The notes beneath the pieces are model-generated. The model was not told the origin of the DNA, did not search any database, and saw nothing but the letters and a program-made list of their open reading frames with translations. A DNA stretch of 64,000 bases from an uncultured Gemmataceae bacterium. GTDB taxonomy: Bacteria > Planctomycetota > Planctomycetia > Gemmatales > Gemmataceae. The stretch covers positions 256,001 to 320,000 of the forward strand of contig CAVVPN010000003.1 of the NCBI GenBank assembly GCA_963750165.1, written 5' to 3'. Numbering within the stretch: the stretch's first letter is position 1; every line of letters starts with the position of its first letter. A program made the position numbers and the translations under genes. Of this stretch, positions 9,566-18,899 are shown one piece after another.

Positions 9566-11089
9566 ATGCCGATGCCGTTCCAACGCATGAGACTTTGTGC
9601 TGGCCTGTTCGTTCTTCCGCTGGTGCTGCTGCTGCCGACCGGGGCTCAGGAGAAGAGCGACAAGTCCGAGAGCAAACCACCGCTCCAGGACGTGACCGCG
9701 ATCACGAAGCACACGCTGCCGCTGGGCAAGGAGAAGATCAACTACGAGGCGACGGCGGGCGTCCTGGTGCTGCGCGACGAGGACGGCAAGCCAACCGCCA
9801 GCATGTTCTACACCAGCTATGTGCGCACCGACGTGGCCGACATCCGCAAGCGACCCATCACCTTCACGTTCAACGGCGGCCCCGGTTCGTCGTCGGTCTG
9901 GCTGCACATGGGTGCCTTCGGGCCGAAGCGCGTCTACCTCACCGACGAGGGCCACGCCCCGGCGCCGCCGTACAAGCTCGTGAACAACGAGTCCACCATC
10001 CTGGACCTGACCGACCTGGTGTTCATCGACCCGGTGTCCACCGGCTACAGCCGCACGGCCCCCGGGCAGGACCACAAGAAATTTCACGGCGTCGAACAGG
10101 ATTTACAGAGCGTCGGCGAGTTCATCCGCCTGTACACGACGCGCCACGGCCGCTGGGACTCGCCGAAATTCCTGGCCGGCGAGAGCTATGGCACCACCCG
10201 CGCCGCCGCCCTGGTCGGCCACCTGCAGGACCGCCACGGCATGAACTTCAACGGCGTCATCCTGGTGTCGTCGATCCTCAACTTCCAGACCGCCCGCTTC
10301 GACGACGGCAACGACCTGCCGTACCCTCTGTTCCTGCCGACATACACCGCGACGGCGTGGTATCACAAGAAGCTGCCGGCGGCCCTGTCCGGCGACCTGA
10401 AAAAAACGTTGGCGGAGGTGGAACATTTCGCGCAGGGCGAGTACACGCTGGCACTGATGCAAGGGAGCAAGCTGGGCCAGGCGGAGCGGAAGAAGATCGC
10501 CGCCAGGGTCGCACGCTACACGGGGTTGACCGAGGATTATGTGCTGCGGAGCAACCTGCGCATTCAAATTCAGCGCTTCTGCAAGGAACTGTTGCGCGGC
10601 CAGAGCCGCACCGTCGGCCGCTTCGACAGCCGCTATCAGGGCATCGACCGCGACGCCGCCGGCGAGGTCATGGAGTACGACCCCAGCTACGCCGCCGTCC
10701 AGGGGCCGTACACCGCGACGCTCAACAACTACCTGCGCGAGACGCTCCGCTACAAGAGCGACCTGCCGTATGAGATCCTCACGGGCCGCGTGCAGCCGTG
10801 GGACTACAGCAACTTCGCGAACCGCTACGTCAACGTGTCGGATCGGCTGCGGCAGGCGCTGACCAAGAACCCGGCGCTGCGCGTCTACGTGGCCAACGGT
10901 TACTACGACCTGGCGACGCCGTACTTCGCCACGGAGTACACGTTCAACCACCTGAACCTGGACCCGTCATTGGCGAAACATATCACGATGGGTTACTACG
11001 AGGCGGGGCACATGATGTATGTGCAGCGGGCGGCGCATCGGCAGCTGAAGGCGGAGTTGACGAAGTTTTATCAGGAGGCGCTGCGTTGA
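9566..11089 (+). CDS. Serine carboxypeptidase, peptidase S10 family
   Basis: AGGAG RBS, signal peptide, FNGGPGSSS, IDPVSTGYS, GESYG, YEAGHM. Start could also be 9572. Confidence 0.92.
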   Translation: MPMPFQRMRLCAGLFVLPLVLLLPTGAQEKSDKSESKPPLQDVTAITKHTLPLGKEKINYEATAGVLVLRDEDGKPTASMFYTSYVRTDVADIRKRPITFTFNGGPGSSSVWLHMGAFGPKRVYLTDEGHAPAPPYKLVNNESTILDLTDLVFIDPVSTGYSRTAPGQDHKKFHGVEQDLQSVGEFIRLYTTRHGRWDSPKFLAGESYGTTRAAALVGHLQDRHGMNFNGVILVSSILNFQTARFDDGNDLPYPLFLPTYTATAWYHKKLPAALSGDLKKTLAEVEHFAQGEYTLALMQGSKLGQAERKKIAARVARYTGLTEDYVLRSNLRIQIQRFCKELLRGQSRTVGRFDSRYQGIDRDAAGEVMEYDPSYAAVQGPYTATLNNYLRETLRYKSDLPYEILTGRVQPWDYSNFANRYVNVSDRLRQALTKNPALRVYVANGYYDLATPYFATEYTFNHLNLDPSLAKHITMGYYEAGHMMYVQRAAHRQLKAELTKFYQEALR

Positions 11090-11159
11090 GCGAACAGCAG
11101 CGGGGAGGCGGACTCCAACACCCGCCTCCCCGCGGTGAATCACTATTGCAGATTGCGAC

Positions 11160-11229
11160 TGGGTGTAGCGGAAGTCGCCAGACTTCCGAGCAGCACCGGA
11201 CGGAAGTCTGGCGACTTCCGCTACACCCA
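11160..11229. repeat. REP-doublet-like palindrome (GTAG foot), 29-bp arms
   Basis: GTAG-CGGAAGTC-GCCA-GACTTCCG plus an inverted copy, between convergent genes. Confidence 0.9.
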
Positions 11230-11242
11230 ACTGCGAACCGCT

Positions 11243-11662
11243 CTAGCCCTTGTCCTTTTCCTTCTCCCTCTCCTTGGGAGCCTTGTCCTTGTCAAACCGG
11301 TCCTTGTACCGCTCGCGCTCCATCTTCATGCGGTGCTCGACCTGCTGTTTGCTCCAGCGGCGGTAGCTGTCCAGATCCTCGAACTTGGTGATCGGCACCC
11401 AGGCGAACTCCGTCCCCTCCATGAGTCCGCCGGGGCCGCCACGGAAGTCCATGCCGGGGGCGTACAGGCCCCAGGTCTTGCCCGTCTCGTGGTCGATCAT
11501 CACCGCGGTGAAGAAGCCCGCGGACACCACCTGAAAACGGCTCGGCTTCATCTTGTCACCGCCCTGCGGGGTGGGGGCGGGCGCCGGCGGTTGGGCCGCA
11601 CTCCAGCCGACCGCGGCCAGCACCACGGCGATCAGGCCCATCGCGACGTACCTGGAATTCAT
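11243..11662 (-). CDS. Hypothetical exported protein
   Basis: GGAG RBS, signal peptide ending in AAQ, charged C-terminus. Confidence 0.7.
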   Translation of the reverse strand: MNSRYVAMGLIAVVLAAVGWSAAQPPAPAPTPQGGDKMKPSRFQVVSAGFFTAVMIDHETGKTWGLYAPGMDFRGGPGGLMEGTEFAWVPITKFEDLDSYRRWSKQQVEHRMKMERERYKDRFDKDKAPKEREKEKDKG

Positions 11663-11758
11663 TGCGATTCTCCTCCGGTCAGAGATGTGCGACCCGGGAG
11701 GCGGGCGACGCCCTTACAACAACCTCCCGGCAAAGGGTCTGCGAAAACCTTGCCCACT

Positions 11759-12763
11759 TTAACAGCCCGGCCGTGGCGCCGCAAAAGAATCCTCCGGTTT
11801 TTCGCTGCCGTACCCCCAGTAGCGCCGTTCCACCTGCCACGCCGTCACGTCGGCCACCGGCCCCAGGCGGCGCAGGCCGTGGCGGTGCCGCAGCAGCGCC
11901 GGCAGTTCCGTCAACAGCCGCAGCCGGCCGCACACGAACGGCGCCAGCGCCCCTGCCTGCCAGCGCCGCCACGCCTTCGCTGCCAGCACCGCCAGGTGCA
12001 GCGGCAGCGCCCGCGCCAGCGCCCGTCCCGGCAGATTGCGCCAGAAGACGCGCTCCTCGTTGCACGACTGCCGCTCCAGCAGCGCCCGCCGCGGCCAGCC
12101 ATACGATGCCGACACCCGGTGCAGCACCCGCGCCGCCGGCTCGAACAAGGTGCGGTAGCCGGCCCGCTGCAACCGAAACGCCACGTCCACGTCCTCGAAA
12201 TACGCCCCGAAGGACTCCGGAAAGCCGCCGATGCGCAACAGTGCGTCGCGGCGGTAGAAGGCGCTGGAGGCACTGGCGCCGAAGACGGGCCGCGGCGTCA
12301 GCAGTGCCGCATCGGGCGGCCGGCCGTGGCCGCGCTTGCCGGCGACGCCGCCCAGGTAATAGCGGTCGCCGGCGCTGTCGATGCGGTCACCGGCCGGCCA
12401 ACACAGCACCAGCGGTGCCACGGCGCCCACGGCGGGATCAGCGAAGCAGCGCAGCGCCGCCGCGGCCCAGCCTGGCTGCACCTCGGTGTCGTCGTTGAGC
12501 AACTCGACCACCTCGCCGTGGGCCGCGGCAATGCCGGCGTTGACAGCGGCACAGAAGCCGCCACGGCGCTCCCGGCGCAGCACACGCACGCCGGGGAACG
12601 CCAGGGCCGCCGCGCTGACGCGGCCCTCGGCGGAGGCGTCGTCCACGACGAGGATGTCCGTCCCCGCCGGCGCGTGCCGGGCCAGCGCCGCCAGGCACAG
12701 ACGCAACAGGTCGGCCCGGTGATGGCTCGGGATGACGACGGAAAGGGTCGGAGTGTCAGCCAT
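11759..12763 (-). CDS. Glycosyltransferase family 2
   Basis: LSVVIPS, VVDDAS, LLNDD, YFEDVDVAFR; overlaps the end of the upstream GT2 gene. Confidence 0.92.
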   Translation of the reverse strand: MADTPTLSVVIPSHHRADLLRLCLAALARHAPAGTDILVVDDASAEGRVSAAALAFPGVRVLRRERRGGFCAAVNAGIAAAHGEVVELLNDDTEVQPGWAAAALRCFADPAVGAVAPLVLCWPAGDRIDSAGDRYYLGGVAGKRGHGRPPDAALLTPRPVFGASASSAFYRRDALLRIGGFPESFGAYFEDVDVAFRLQRAGYRTLFEPAARVLHRVSASYGWPRRALLERQSCNEERVFWRNLPGRALARALPLHLAVLAAKAWRRWQAGALAPFVCGRLRLLTELPALLRHRHGLRRLGPVADVTAWQVERRYWGYGSEKPEDSFAAPRPGC

Positions 12764-13814
12764 GTGTCACCGCCGGCCGTTCGCGCCGCGTCACGCCACG
12801 GCGCACCACCCGCACCAGCCGCCGCCGCACCGCCACCGGGTCGCCGCGGCCCAGGTCGCGCGCTAGCCCGCCCAGTTCGCGGAACACGGCCGCCTCGTCG
12901 AGCCGGCCGCGCCACCACGCCCGCAGCCGCCGCAGGCCCGCCTCCAGGCGCACCACCGCCGCCAGCACAACCAGCTGCCAGCGCGGCCAGTGCCGCAGCG
13001 CGTACGTCAGCAGCGCGTGCCGCGTGACCAGCCGCAGCACCGCCGGCACCGGCCGGGCCTGCAGCGGCCGGTGGTGGACGGCGCTCAGCCCCGGCTCGTG
13101 CCACACTTCCCAGCCGCGCGACACTGCCCGCCGGCACAGATCCACGTCCTCGTAATACAGGAAGAAGTCCGCCGCGAAGCCGCCCAGGTCCGCCAGACAG
13201 GCCCGCCGCGCCAGCAGGCCACAACCGGTTACCCATGCCACCTGGCGTCGCACTGTCCCGCCCGGCGCGTGGTACTTGCGCCGCGCCCGCGGCCGCAGCA
13301 GGCCGGCCAGCGTGCCCGCCAGCGTCGGGAACGGGCCGCACGAGCCCTGCGGCGAGCCGTCGCCGTTGCGCAGGCTGAGGCCGACGATGCCGGCGCGCGG
13401 CTGCGTCGCGGCCAGCCGTTCCGCCAAGGCCAGCGCCGCGTCGGCGAAGTTGTTTTCCACGGTCATGTCGGGGTTGAGCAGCAGCAGCCAGTCGCCGCGG
13501 CCGAGGCGGCAGCCCTCGTTCGCGGCACGGGCGAAGCCGCGGTTGCGGCCCCAGCGCCGCAGCGACACGCCCGGCCAGCGCCGCAGCCGTGCCGCCAGCC
13601 GATGCGGCGGCGAATGGTTGTCCACAACGATGACCTCGACCAGCCCGCGGCGGGCCGCGTCGCCGCGCAGCAGCCGCCGCACCAGGGCCGCCGTCGCACG
13701 CCACTGGCGGTAGTTGACGATGACGACCGACAGGCGCGGCACGGTCGCGGTGCGGAGCGGCGGTGGAGGGACAACGAGGGGAATCAGCGGCGGGGCGTCC
13801 GTGTCGGCCGGCAT
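12756..13814 (-). CDS. Glycosyltransferase family 2
   Basis: LSVVIVNY, VVDNHS, NRGFARAAN, LLLNPD, YYEDVDLC. Confidence 0.92.
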   Translation of the reverse strand: MPADTDAPPLIPLVVPPPPLRTATVPRLSVVIVNYRQWRATAALVRRLLRGDAARRGLVEVIVVDNHSPPHRLAARLRRWPGVSLRRWGRNRGFARAANEGCRLGRGDWLLLLNPDMTVENNFADAALALAERLAATQPRAGIVGLSLRNGDGSPQGSCGPFPTLAGTLAGLLRPRARRKYHAPGGTVRRQVAWVTGCGLLARRACLADLGGFAADFFLYYEDVDLCRRAVSRGWEVWHEPGLSAVHHRPLQARPVPAVLRLVTRHALLTYALRHWPRWQLVVLAAVVRLEAGLRRLRAWWRGRLDEAAVFRELGGLARDLGRGDPVAVRRRLVRVVRRGVTRRERPAVTHG

Positions 13815-13901
13815 GGCGGGATCCCTCCCTGCGAAAACGGTGAAGCTGGGTTGCGGAGAGTATAGACGGCGGCCCCTCGGGGACGCAATGCCGGCTCGTC
13901 G

Positions 13902-13964
13902 GAAGGATGAGGGATGAAGGATGAAGGATGAAACAGATGATTCATCCTTCATCCTTCATCCTTC
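13902..13964. repeat. Inverted heptamer array (GGATGAA)n / (TTCATCC)n
   Basis: About 4 forward and 3 reverse units around an 8-nt spacer, immediately after the rhomboid stop. Confidence 0.9.
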
Positions 13965-13966
13965 TC

Positions 13967-14734
13967 TTACCACGCCGCCCGCCGCGGCGGCTCGACGCCG
14001 ATCAGGAACGGCTTGACCAGCGCCAGCCCCGCCAGAAAGCCGCCGAAGTGCGCCGCGTAAGCGACGCCATCGCCCGCCCCCTTGCCGAACGCTCCCAGGC
14101 TGCTGATGATCTGGAACACAAACCACATGCCAATGGCCACCCATGCCGGCACCTCGGTCAGGAGGCGGAACAGGAACACTGTGACGCGGTTCGTCGGGTG
14201 CTGCACCAGGTACGCTGCAAGCACGCCAGAGATCGCCCCGGAAGCGCCGAGACTGGGGATCAAGGATTGGTAGCCGTCGAGGCCGCTCAGCGCCACCGTC
14301 AACCAGACGTGGGCCAGGCTCGCGATCAGACCGCAGACGAGGTAGAAGATCAGATAGCGGACATGGCCCATGTCGTCCTCGATGTTATCGCCGAAAATCC
14401 ACAGGAACAGCATGTTGCCCCCCAGATGCATGATGCCGCCGTGCATGAACATCGAGGTCAACAGCGTCAGGTACACCGATACCGGCGTGTGCCGAAGCCC
14501 TGGCACCGTCAATTCCTGTCCGGTTACGGGGTCCTTCACCTGAAAGTCCGGCGTCGCCAGGTTCTGGCCGGTGACGATCTTGAAGGGCACCGTGACGAAG
14601 GCGTAGGTGAAGGCGTCGTTGGTGCCGAAGCCCTGCAACACCACGAAGACGAAGACGTTGAGGGCGATCAGCGCGTAGTTGACGTAGGGCGTGGTGCGGC
14701 GGTCGGAGTTGTCGTCGAAGAGCGGCAGGACCAT
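13967..14734 (-). CDS. Rhomboid family intramembrane serine protease
   Basis: SMFMHGG..HLGGNMLFLWIFGDNIED, GASGAISG (catalytic Ser), AHFGGF (catalytic His); GAGG RBS. Confidence 0.95.
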   Translation of the reverse strand: MVLPLFDDNSDRRTTPYVNYALIALNVFVFVVLQGFGTNDAFTYAFVTVPFKIVTGQNLATPDFQVKDPVTGQELTVPGLRHTPVSVYLTLLTSMFMHGGIMHLGGNMLFLWIFGDNIEDDMGHVRYLIFYLVCGLIASLAHVWLTVALSGLDGYQSLIPSLGASGAISGVLAAYLVQHPTNRVTVFLFRLLTEVPAWVAIGMWFVFQIISSLGAFGKGAGDGVAYAAHFGGFLAGLALVKPFLIGVEPPRRAAW

Positions 14735-14868
14735 ATCGACCTCGTGGTGGAGGATCGGGAGCGAGTGGCAAGTGATGTAGGTGAAGCCTCGATTATGCGG
14801 TACTGGTTACGTTACCGTTGCGCGTGGTTCGGTGCCACGCATTGTTTCTGAATCCTCGGAGTAACGCC

Positions 14869-15204
14869 ATGAAACCACCGTCGAAGCCCCAGCGTACCGC
14901 CGAGCAGTGCGCCGCGGAAGAAGCGCTCCGCCGCCAGCACGCCGCGAACCCGATCCGCCAGCGGCCCGCGGGTGCCATCAACCGGCAGAGTTTCGCCGCA
15001 ATTTTGAGCCTGGTCGCACGCTTCAAGGCAGTCCGCGAAAGAGAGGGGTTGACGCTGACCGAGGTGGCCGAACGGATGGGGATCGACGCGCCGGCGCTGT
15101 CCCGCCTGGAAACGGGCAAGATGCTGAACCCAACCCTCGCCACGCTGCACAAGTGGGCGGAAGCCCTGGGGCAGAAACTGGACATCGATTTGACATCCGC
15201 GTAA
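14869..15204 (+). CDS. XRE-family helix-turn-helix regulator
   Basis: GGAG RBS; REREGLTLTEVAERMGIDAPALSRLETGKMLNPTLATL. Confidence 0.88.
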   Translation: MKPPSKPQRTAEQCAAEEALRRQHAANPIRQRPAGAINRQSFAAILSLVARFKAVREREGLTLTEVAERMGIDAPALSRLETGKMLNPTLATLHKWAEALGQKLDIDLTSA

Positions 15205-15229
15205 TCGCGATGCCGTGACGGAAGAACTG

Positions 15230-15312
15230 GTGGGGTGAGACTGGAAATGGTAAACCAGGGTGTTGGCGTCCAGAAAAATGGAGGCGCCCTGGGGGAGACT
15301 CGCAAAGGTCAT
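15230..15312 (-). pseudogene. Truncated PIN-domain (VapC-like) toxin, first ~27 codons only
   Basis: ATGA overlap with the antitoxin stop; MTFASLPQGASIFLDANTLVYHF carries the PIN beta-1 'DAN' motif, then the frame runs antisense into the HTH gene. End coordinate is approximate. Confidence 0.7.
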
Positions 15313-15521
15313 TCCCCATCCAGCGGGTCGAGGTCGTGAGACAGGGCGAAGTAATCGGCCTCGGCGGCGCTGCCTTTGAAGCCCAGAATGCCGTAGGCCG
15401 CCACGAGCGAACTGATCTGGGTTTGCACGGTGATTTGTACGGTTTGGCGTTCCTGCAAGGGGAGTGGTTGTTTCGGCTTGAGTACGCCGTTCTCGTACAC
15501 CGCTTCGACGGTAATGACCAT
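15309..15521 (-). CDS. DUF104/AF2212-like antitoxin
   Basis: GGAGG RBS; MVITVEAVYENGVLKPKQPLPLQERQTVQITV. Confidence 0.85.
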   Translation of the reverse strand: MVITVEAVYENGVLKPKQPLPLQERQTVQITVQTQISSLVAAYGILGFKGSAAEADYFALSHDLDPLDGE

Positions 15522-15807
15522 TTCCGGTCCTCCCGAGAAAAAGGACGCCCCCTGCATTGTAATCGACGGCGCGGCTCGAAACCACGGGTTCGGCTTGACC
15601 GATCCGTGCGGAGGACGCCTTCGTCTCGGGCACCGGCTTTACTTTTCCCTGGACTGGCCGGTCGGAGTTGTCGTCGAAGAGCGGCAGGACCATGAGGCGC
15701 GCCCTCGGGGGGCCGGGCACGGCGTGCGAATCATTTTTCGGATTTCTTCGCACGAACGGCCCGGTGCCGGCAATATGGTAGCGAAACGACCTCTGGAGAC
15801 GCCGCAC

Positions 15808-18780
15808 ATGACCGCACTGACCCTCGCCGTGGTTCTGGAATACTTGCGCACGGACTGTGCCGCCCAGGAACTGGAGCCGTTAACCGACGGCCAGCTGCTG
15901 GAGCGGTTCCTGACCGCCCGGGACGAGGCCGCGTTCGCCACGCTGGTGTACCGGCACGGGGGGATGGTCCTGGGCGTTTGCCGGCGTGTGCTGAGCGACG
16001 GCCACTTCGTTGAGGACGCCTTTCAGGCCACGTTCCTGGTGCTCGTCCGCCGGGCCGCCGCGATCCGCCGCGACGCGCCGCTGGGGCCGTGGCTTTACGG
16101 CGTGGCCCAGCGCGTGGCCCTCAAGGCGCGGGCCAGGACGGCGGCACGCCAGAGCCGGCAGCGGGAGTTAACAGACATGCCGAACACCGAACCGCTTGAC
16201 GAGCGGACCTGGCAGGAGTTGCGCCCGGTCCTGGACGAGGAGGTCGGCCGCCTGCCGGAGAAGTGCCGGGCGCCGATCGTGCTGTGCTACTTCGAGGGCA
16301 AGAGCTACGACCAGGCCGCGCAGGAGCTGGGCTGGCCGAAAAGCTCGCTGGCGAGCCGGCTGGCGAAGGGCCGCGAACTGCTGCGGCAGCGCCTGGTGCA
16401 GCGCGGCATCACCCTGTCGATGGGGGCGCTCACGACGGCGCTGGCCGAGAAGGCGGCAGGGGTTGCCGTGGCCGCACTGCTGACCATTAACACCGCGAAA
16501 GCGGCGACAAGTGTCGCTGCCGGTAAGACCGTGGCCGGAGGCGTTCTGTTGGCACAGGCGCTCGCTCTGGCGGAGGAAGCCATGAAGACCATGATCGGCA
16601 TCAAGGGGAAACTGGCGGCGCTGCTGCTGGCGCTGAGCCTGGCCGTGGGCGCGGGGCTGGCCGGCTACGCCGCCTGGGTGGAGCAACCGCCGCCCAGGCC
16701 GGAGGAGGGCCGAGCGTCCGTGGCCCAGAAGCAGCCCGGCAAGAAAGACGCGGCCGGCGGCGTCGCCAGGGACCGCTTCGGCGACCCGCTCCCCAAGGGC
16801 GCCGTGGCGCGGCTGGGAACCATACGCTTCCGTCACGGCGACAACGCGACGGCCCTCGCCTATTCGCCGGACGGCAAATGGCTGGCTTCGACTTCCCCGT
16901 CATTGAGTGTTTCAAGGAATGGCTCGCTCCACCTCCTGGAAGCCGACACCGGCAGAGTCGTAGTGAGTTTTAGCCTCTACATGGGCCTCGCTTCGGATTC
17001 CGGTGCGCTGGCATTCTCGCCCGATAGCAAGACGTTCGTCACCGGCGGCGCCGCGATTATTGATGTGGCTACGGGCAAGCCCCGGCGGCCGCTCCCGAGC
17101 AGGGATAAGGCATTGCTCGCTAACTTCATCGACGGCTGTTCCCCGGATGGCAAGCTAGTGGCCCGGCAGCAGTTGACCAAGGAGACGGGGGTCATCCTCA
17201 TTGACGCCGCCACGGGCGAGGAACTGCGCCCGATCAAGTGGGGCGACAAACCAATCCCTCCAACCGTTTTCGGGATGCAGGGCGGGCCCGACGGAAGCAT
17301 ACGGAACCAATTCGACCTCGCCCGGCCGACCTTTTCGCCCGACGGGAAGATCCTGGCCACGGCAAGTCCGAACGACAAGGTGATCCGCCTTTGGAATGTG
17401 GACACTGGCAAGGAACTGCACAAACTCCAGGGCCATGAGCAGACCCCGAGGCACCTGGCGTTTTCCCCCGACGGCAAGATGCTGGCTTCTACCGGGGCGG
17501 ATGAAAGATTGATCCGGCTTTGGAACCCACAAACAGGGAAAGCGTTGCGCGAGATCAAACTGGACGTCCCGCTGATCGGGGTCCACTTCGCGCCGGGCGG
17601 CAAGCTCCTGGCGACCGATCCCGAGAGCAGCACGGTCCGCCTATTTGACCCCGGCAGCGGCAAGGAGTTGCGCCGGTGGCAGATGCCGTGCGCGTGCGTG
17701 GCCTTCTCCCCCGACGGCAAGATACTCGCCTCGGCGGGAAAGGATGATCACGTTCTCCATCGCTGGGACGTCAGCACGGGCCGGAGCCTCGATGACCCGG
17801 AGCGCGCTCATACCTTCGCCGTCGCCGCGCTCCGGTTTGCGCCCGACGGCCAGACGCTCTTTTCCCTCGACGCGGGCCCCACCGCATTGGCGTGGGACTT
17901 GAAGACGCTGCGCGATCGCAACGCCACCTTCGGCGGCCCGGTCGGGTCCGTGAAAAAACCTCTGATCGGTGGCATCACCGCCACCCATGAACTCAAGCTC
18001 TCGCCCACCGGCAAGGTCGCGGCCGTGGTTCGAGGGCGGGGTGCACGATCGGTGTACCTCTGCGATGTCGAAACGGGGAAGGATTTGCACGTTCTGCCCA
18101 ACGAATCCAGACCGGGCCACACCAACTACGCCGAATTCTCGCCGGACGGAAAGATCCTGTCGCTGCGCTGCGCGGATGGGCTGAAGTTGTGGGACGTGGC
18201 CACGGGCAAACCCCTGCCACTTCCCCTCTTGCCGGTGGCCTTCGTGCACGCCTGGTCCGGCGACGGGAAACTCATCGCGACCCTTGACTTCGAGAACTCC
18301 CCATCAGCGAAAGGTGCGAGCATCGTTCACCTTTGCGAAGTCGCCACGGGGAAGGAAATTCGCCGTTTTCAATCCAAGCCCACTGTTACCGTCTCCGGCC
18401 TCGCGTTATCGTCCGACGGCAAGGCGCTGGCGCTTTACACCTCCTCCGAGTTGGTTGTCTTCGACACCGCGACCGGTAAGAGGACGGAATTTCCCAAGGC
18501 GGATTTCGCAGGTGCGGACAAGCCAATGTATCGCGTGGACAAGGTTGTCTTTTCTCCGAGCGGGGAACGCCTCGCCGCGGCGATCCATGAAACCATCCAG
18601 CTCTTTGACGTGCGTACAGGCCAGCTCATCCGCGAGTTCCACGCCGGCTCCCGTATCGCGTCGCTACGGTTCTCTCCCGACGGCCGGGTCCTGGCGTCGG
18701 CCGGAGCCGACACCACCATTTTGCTCTGGGACGTGGCGCCGTCGAGCGCGGCAAGATCGAGCCGAAAAAGCAACCGGTGA
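15808..18780 (+). CDS. ECF RNA polymerase sigma factor fused via a TM segment to a WD40-repeat domain
   Basis: TDGQLLERF...DEAAFATLV.RHG.MVLGVCRRVL...EDAFQATFLVL (sigma-2); LPEKCRAPIVLCYFEG (sigma-4); a hydrophobic helix; many FSPDGK/LWD repeats. Confidence 0.92.
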   Translation: MTALTLAVVLEYLRTDCAAQELEPLTDGQLLERFLTARDEAAFATLVYRHGGMVLGVCRRVLSDGHFVEDAFQATFLVLVRRAAAIRRDAPLGPWLYGVAQRVALKARARTAARQSRQRELTDMPNTEPLDERTWQELRPVLDEEVGRLPEKCRAPIVLCYFEGKSYDQAAQELGWPKSSLASRLAKGRELLRQRLVQRGITLSMGALTTALAEKAAGVAVAALLTINTAKAATSVAAGKTVAGGVLLAQALALAEEAMKTMIGIKGKLAALLLALSLAVGAGLAGYAAWVEQPPPRPEEGRASVAQKQPGKKDAAGGVARDRFGDPLPKGAVARLGTIRFRHGDNATALAYSPDGKWLASTSPSLSVSRNGSLHLLEADTGRVVVSFSLYMGLASDSGALAFSPDSKTFVTGGAAIIDVATGKPRRPLPSRDKALLANFIDGCSPDGKLVARQQLTKETGVILIDAATGEELRPIKWGDKPIPPTVFGMQGGPDGSIRNQFDLARPTFSPDGKILATASPNDKVIRLWNVDTGKELHKLQGHEQTPRHLAFSPDGKMLASTGADERLIRLWNPQTGKALREIKLDVPLIGVHFAPGGKLLATDPESSTVRLFDPGSGKELRRWQMPCACVAFSPDGKILASAGKDDHVLHRWDVSTGRSLDDPERAHTFAVAALRFAPDGQTLFSLDAGPTALAWDLKTLRDRNATFGGPVGSVKKPLIGGITATHELKLSPTGKVAAVVRGRGARSVYLCDVETGKDLHVLPNESRPGHTNYAEFSPDGKILSLRCADGLKLWDVATGKPLPLPLLPVAFVHAWSGDGKLIATLDFENSPSAKGASIVHLCEVATGKEIRRFQSKPTVTVSGLALSSDGKALALYTSSELVVFDTATGKRTEFPKADFAGADKPMYRVDKVVFSPSGERLAAAIHETIQLFDVRTGQLIREFHAGSRIASLRFSPDGRVLASAGADTTILLWDVAPSSAARSSRKSNR

Positions 18781-18899
18781 GGCAATGCCGCCAGGCAGCC
18801 TCCGCACCGGCCCGGCAAGGCCCCGGCGTCCGGCCTGCGCGCCGACCAGCCTGCTTTTTCACGATTCCGCAGACCGCTTCCTCAAGGGAGATTCCAACC

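Larger units (their letters stand above)
14700..15693. mobile_element. Integrase-free cassette bounded by a 35-bp direct repeat of the rhomboid 5' end
   Basis: CGGTCGGAGTTGTCGTCGAAGAGCGGCAGGACCAT is identical at 14700-14734 and 15659-15693. It encloses an HTH gene, an antitoxin and a truncated PIN gene. Confidence 0.65.

Noticed and set aside
14812..15807. 331-aa ORF joining the rhomboid start to the PIN fragment
   Set aside because: A chance read-through across an alternative frame of the antitoxin and the antisense of the HTH gene, with no coherent domain.
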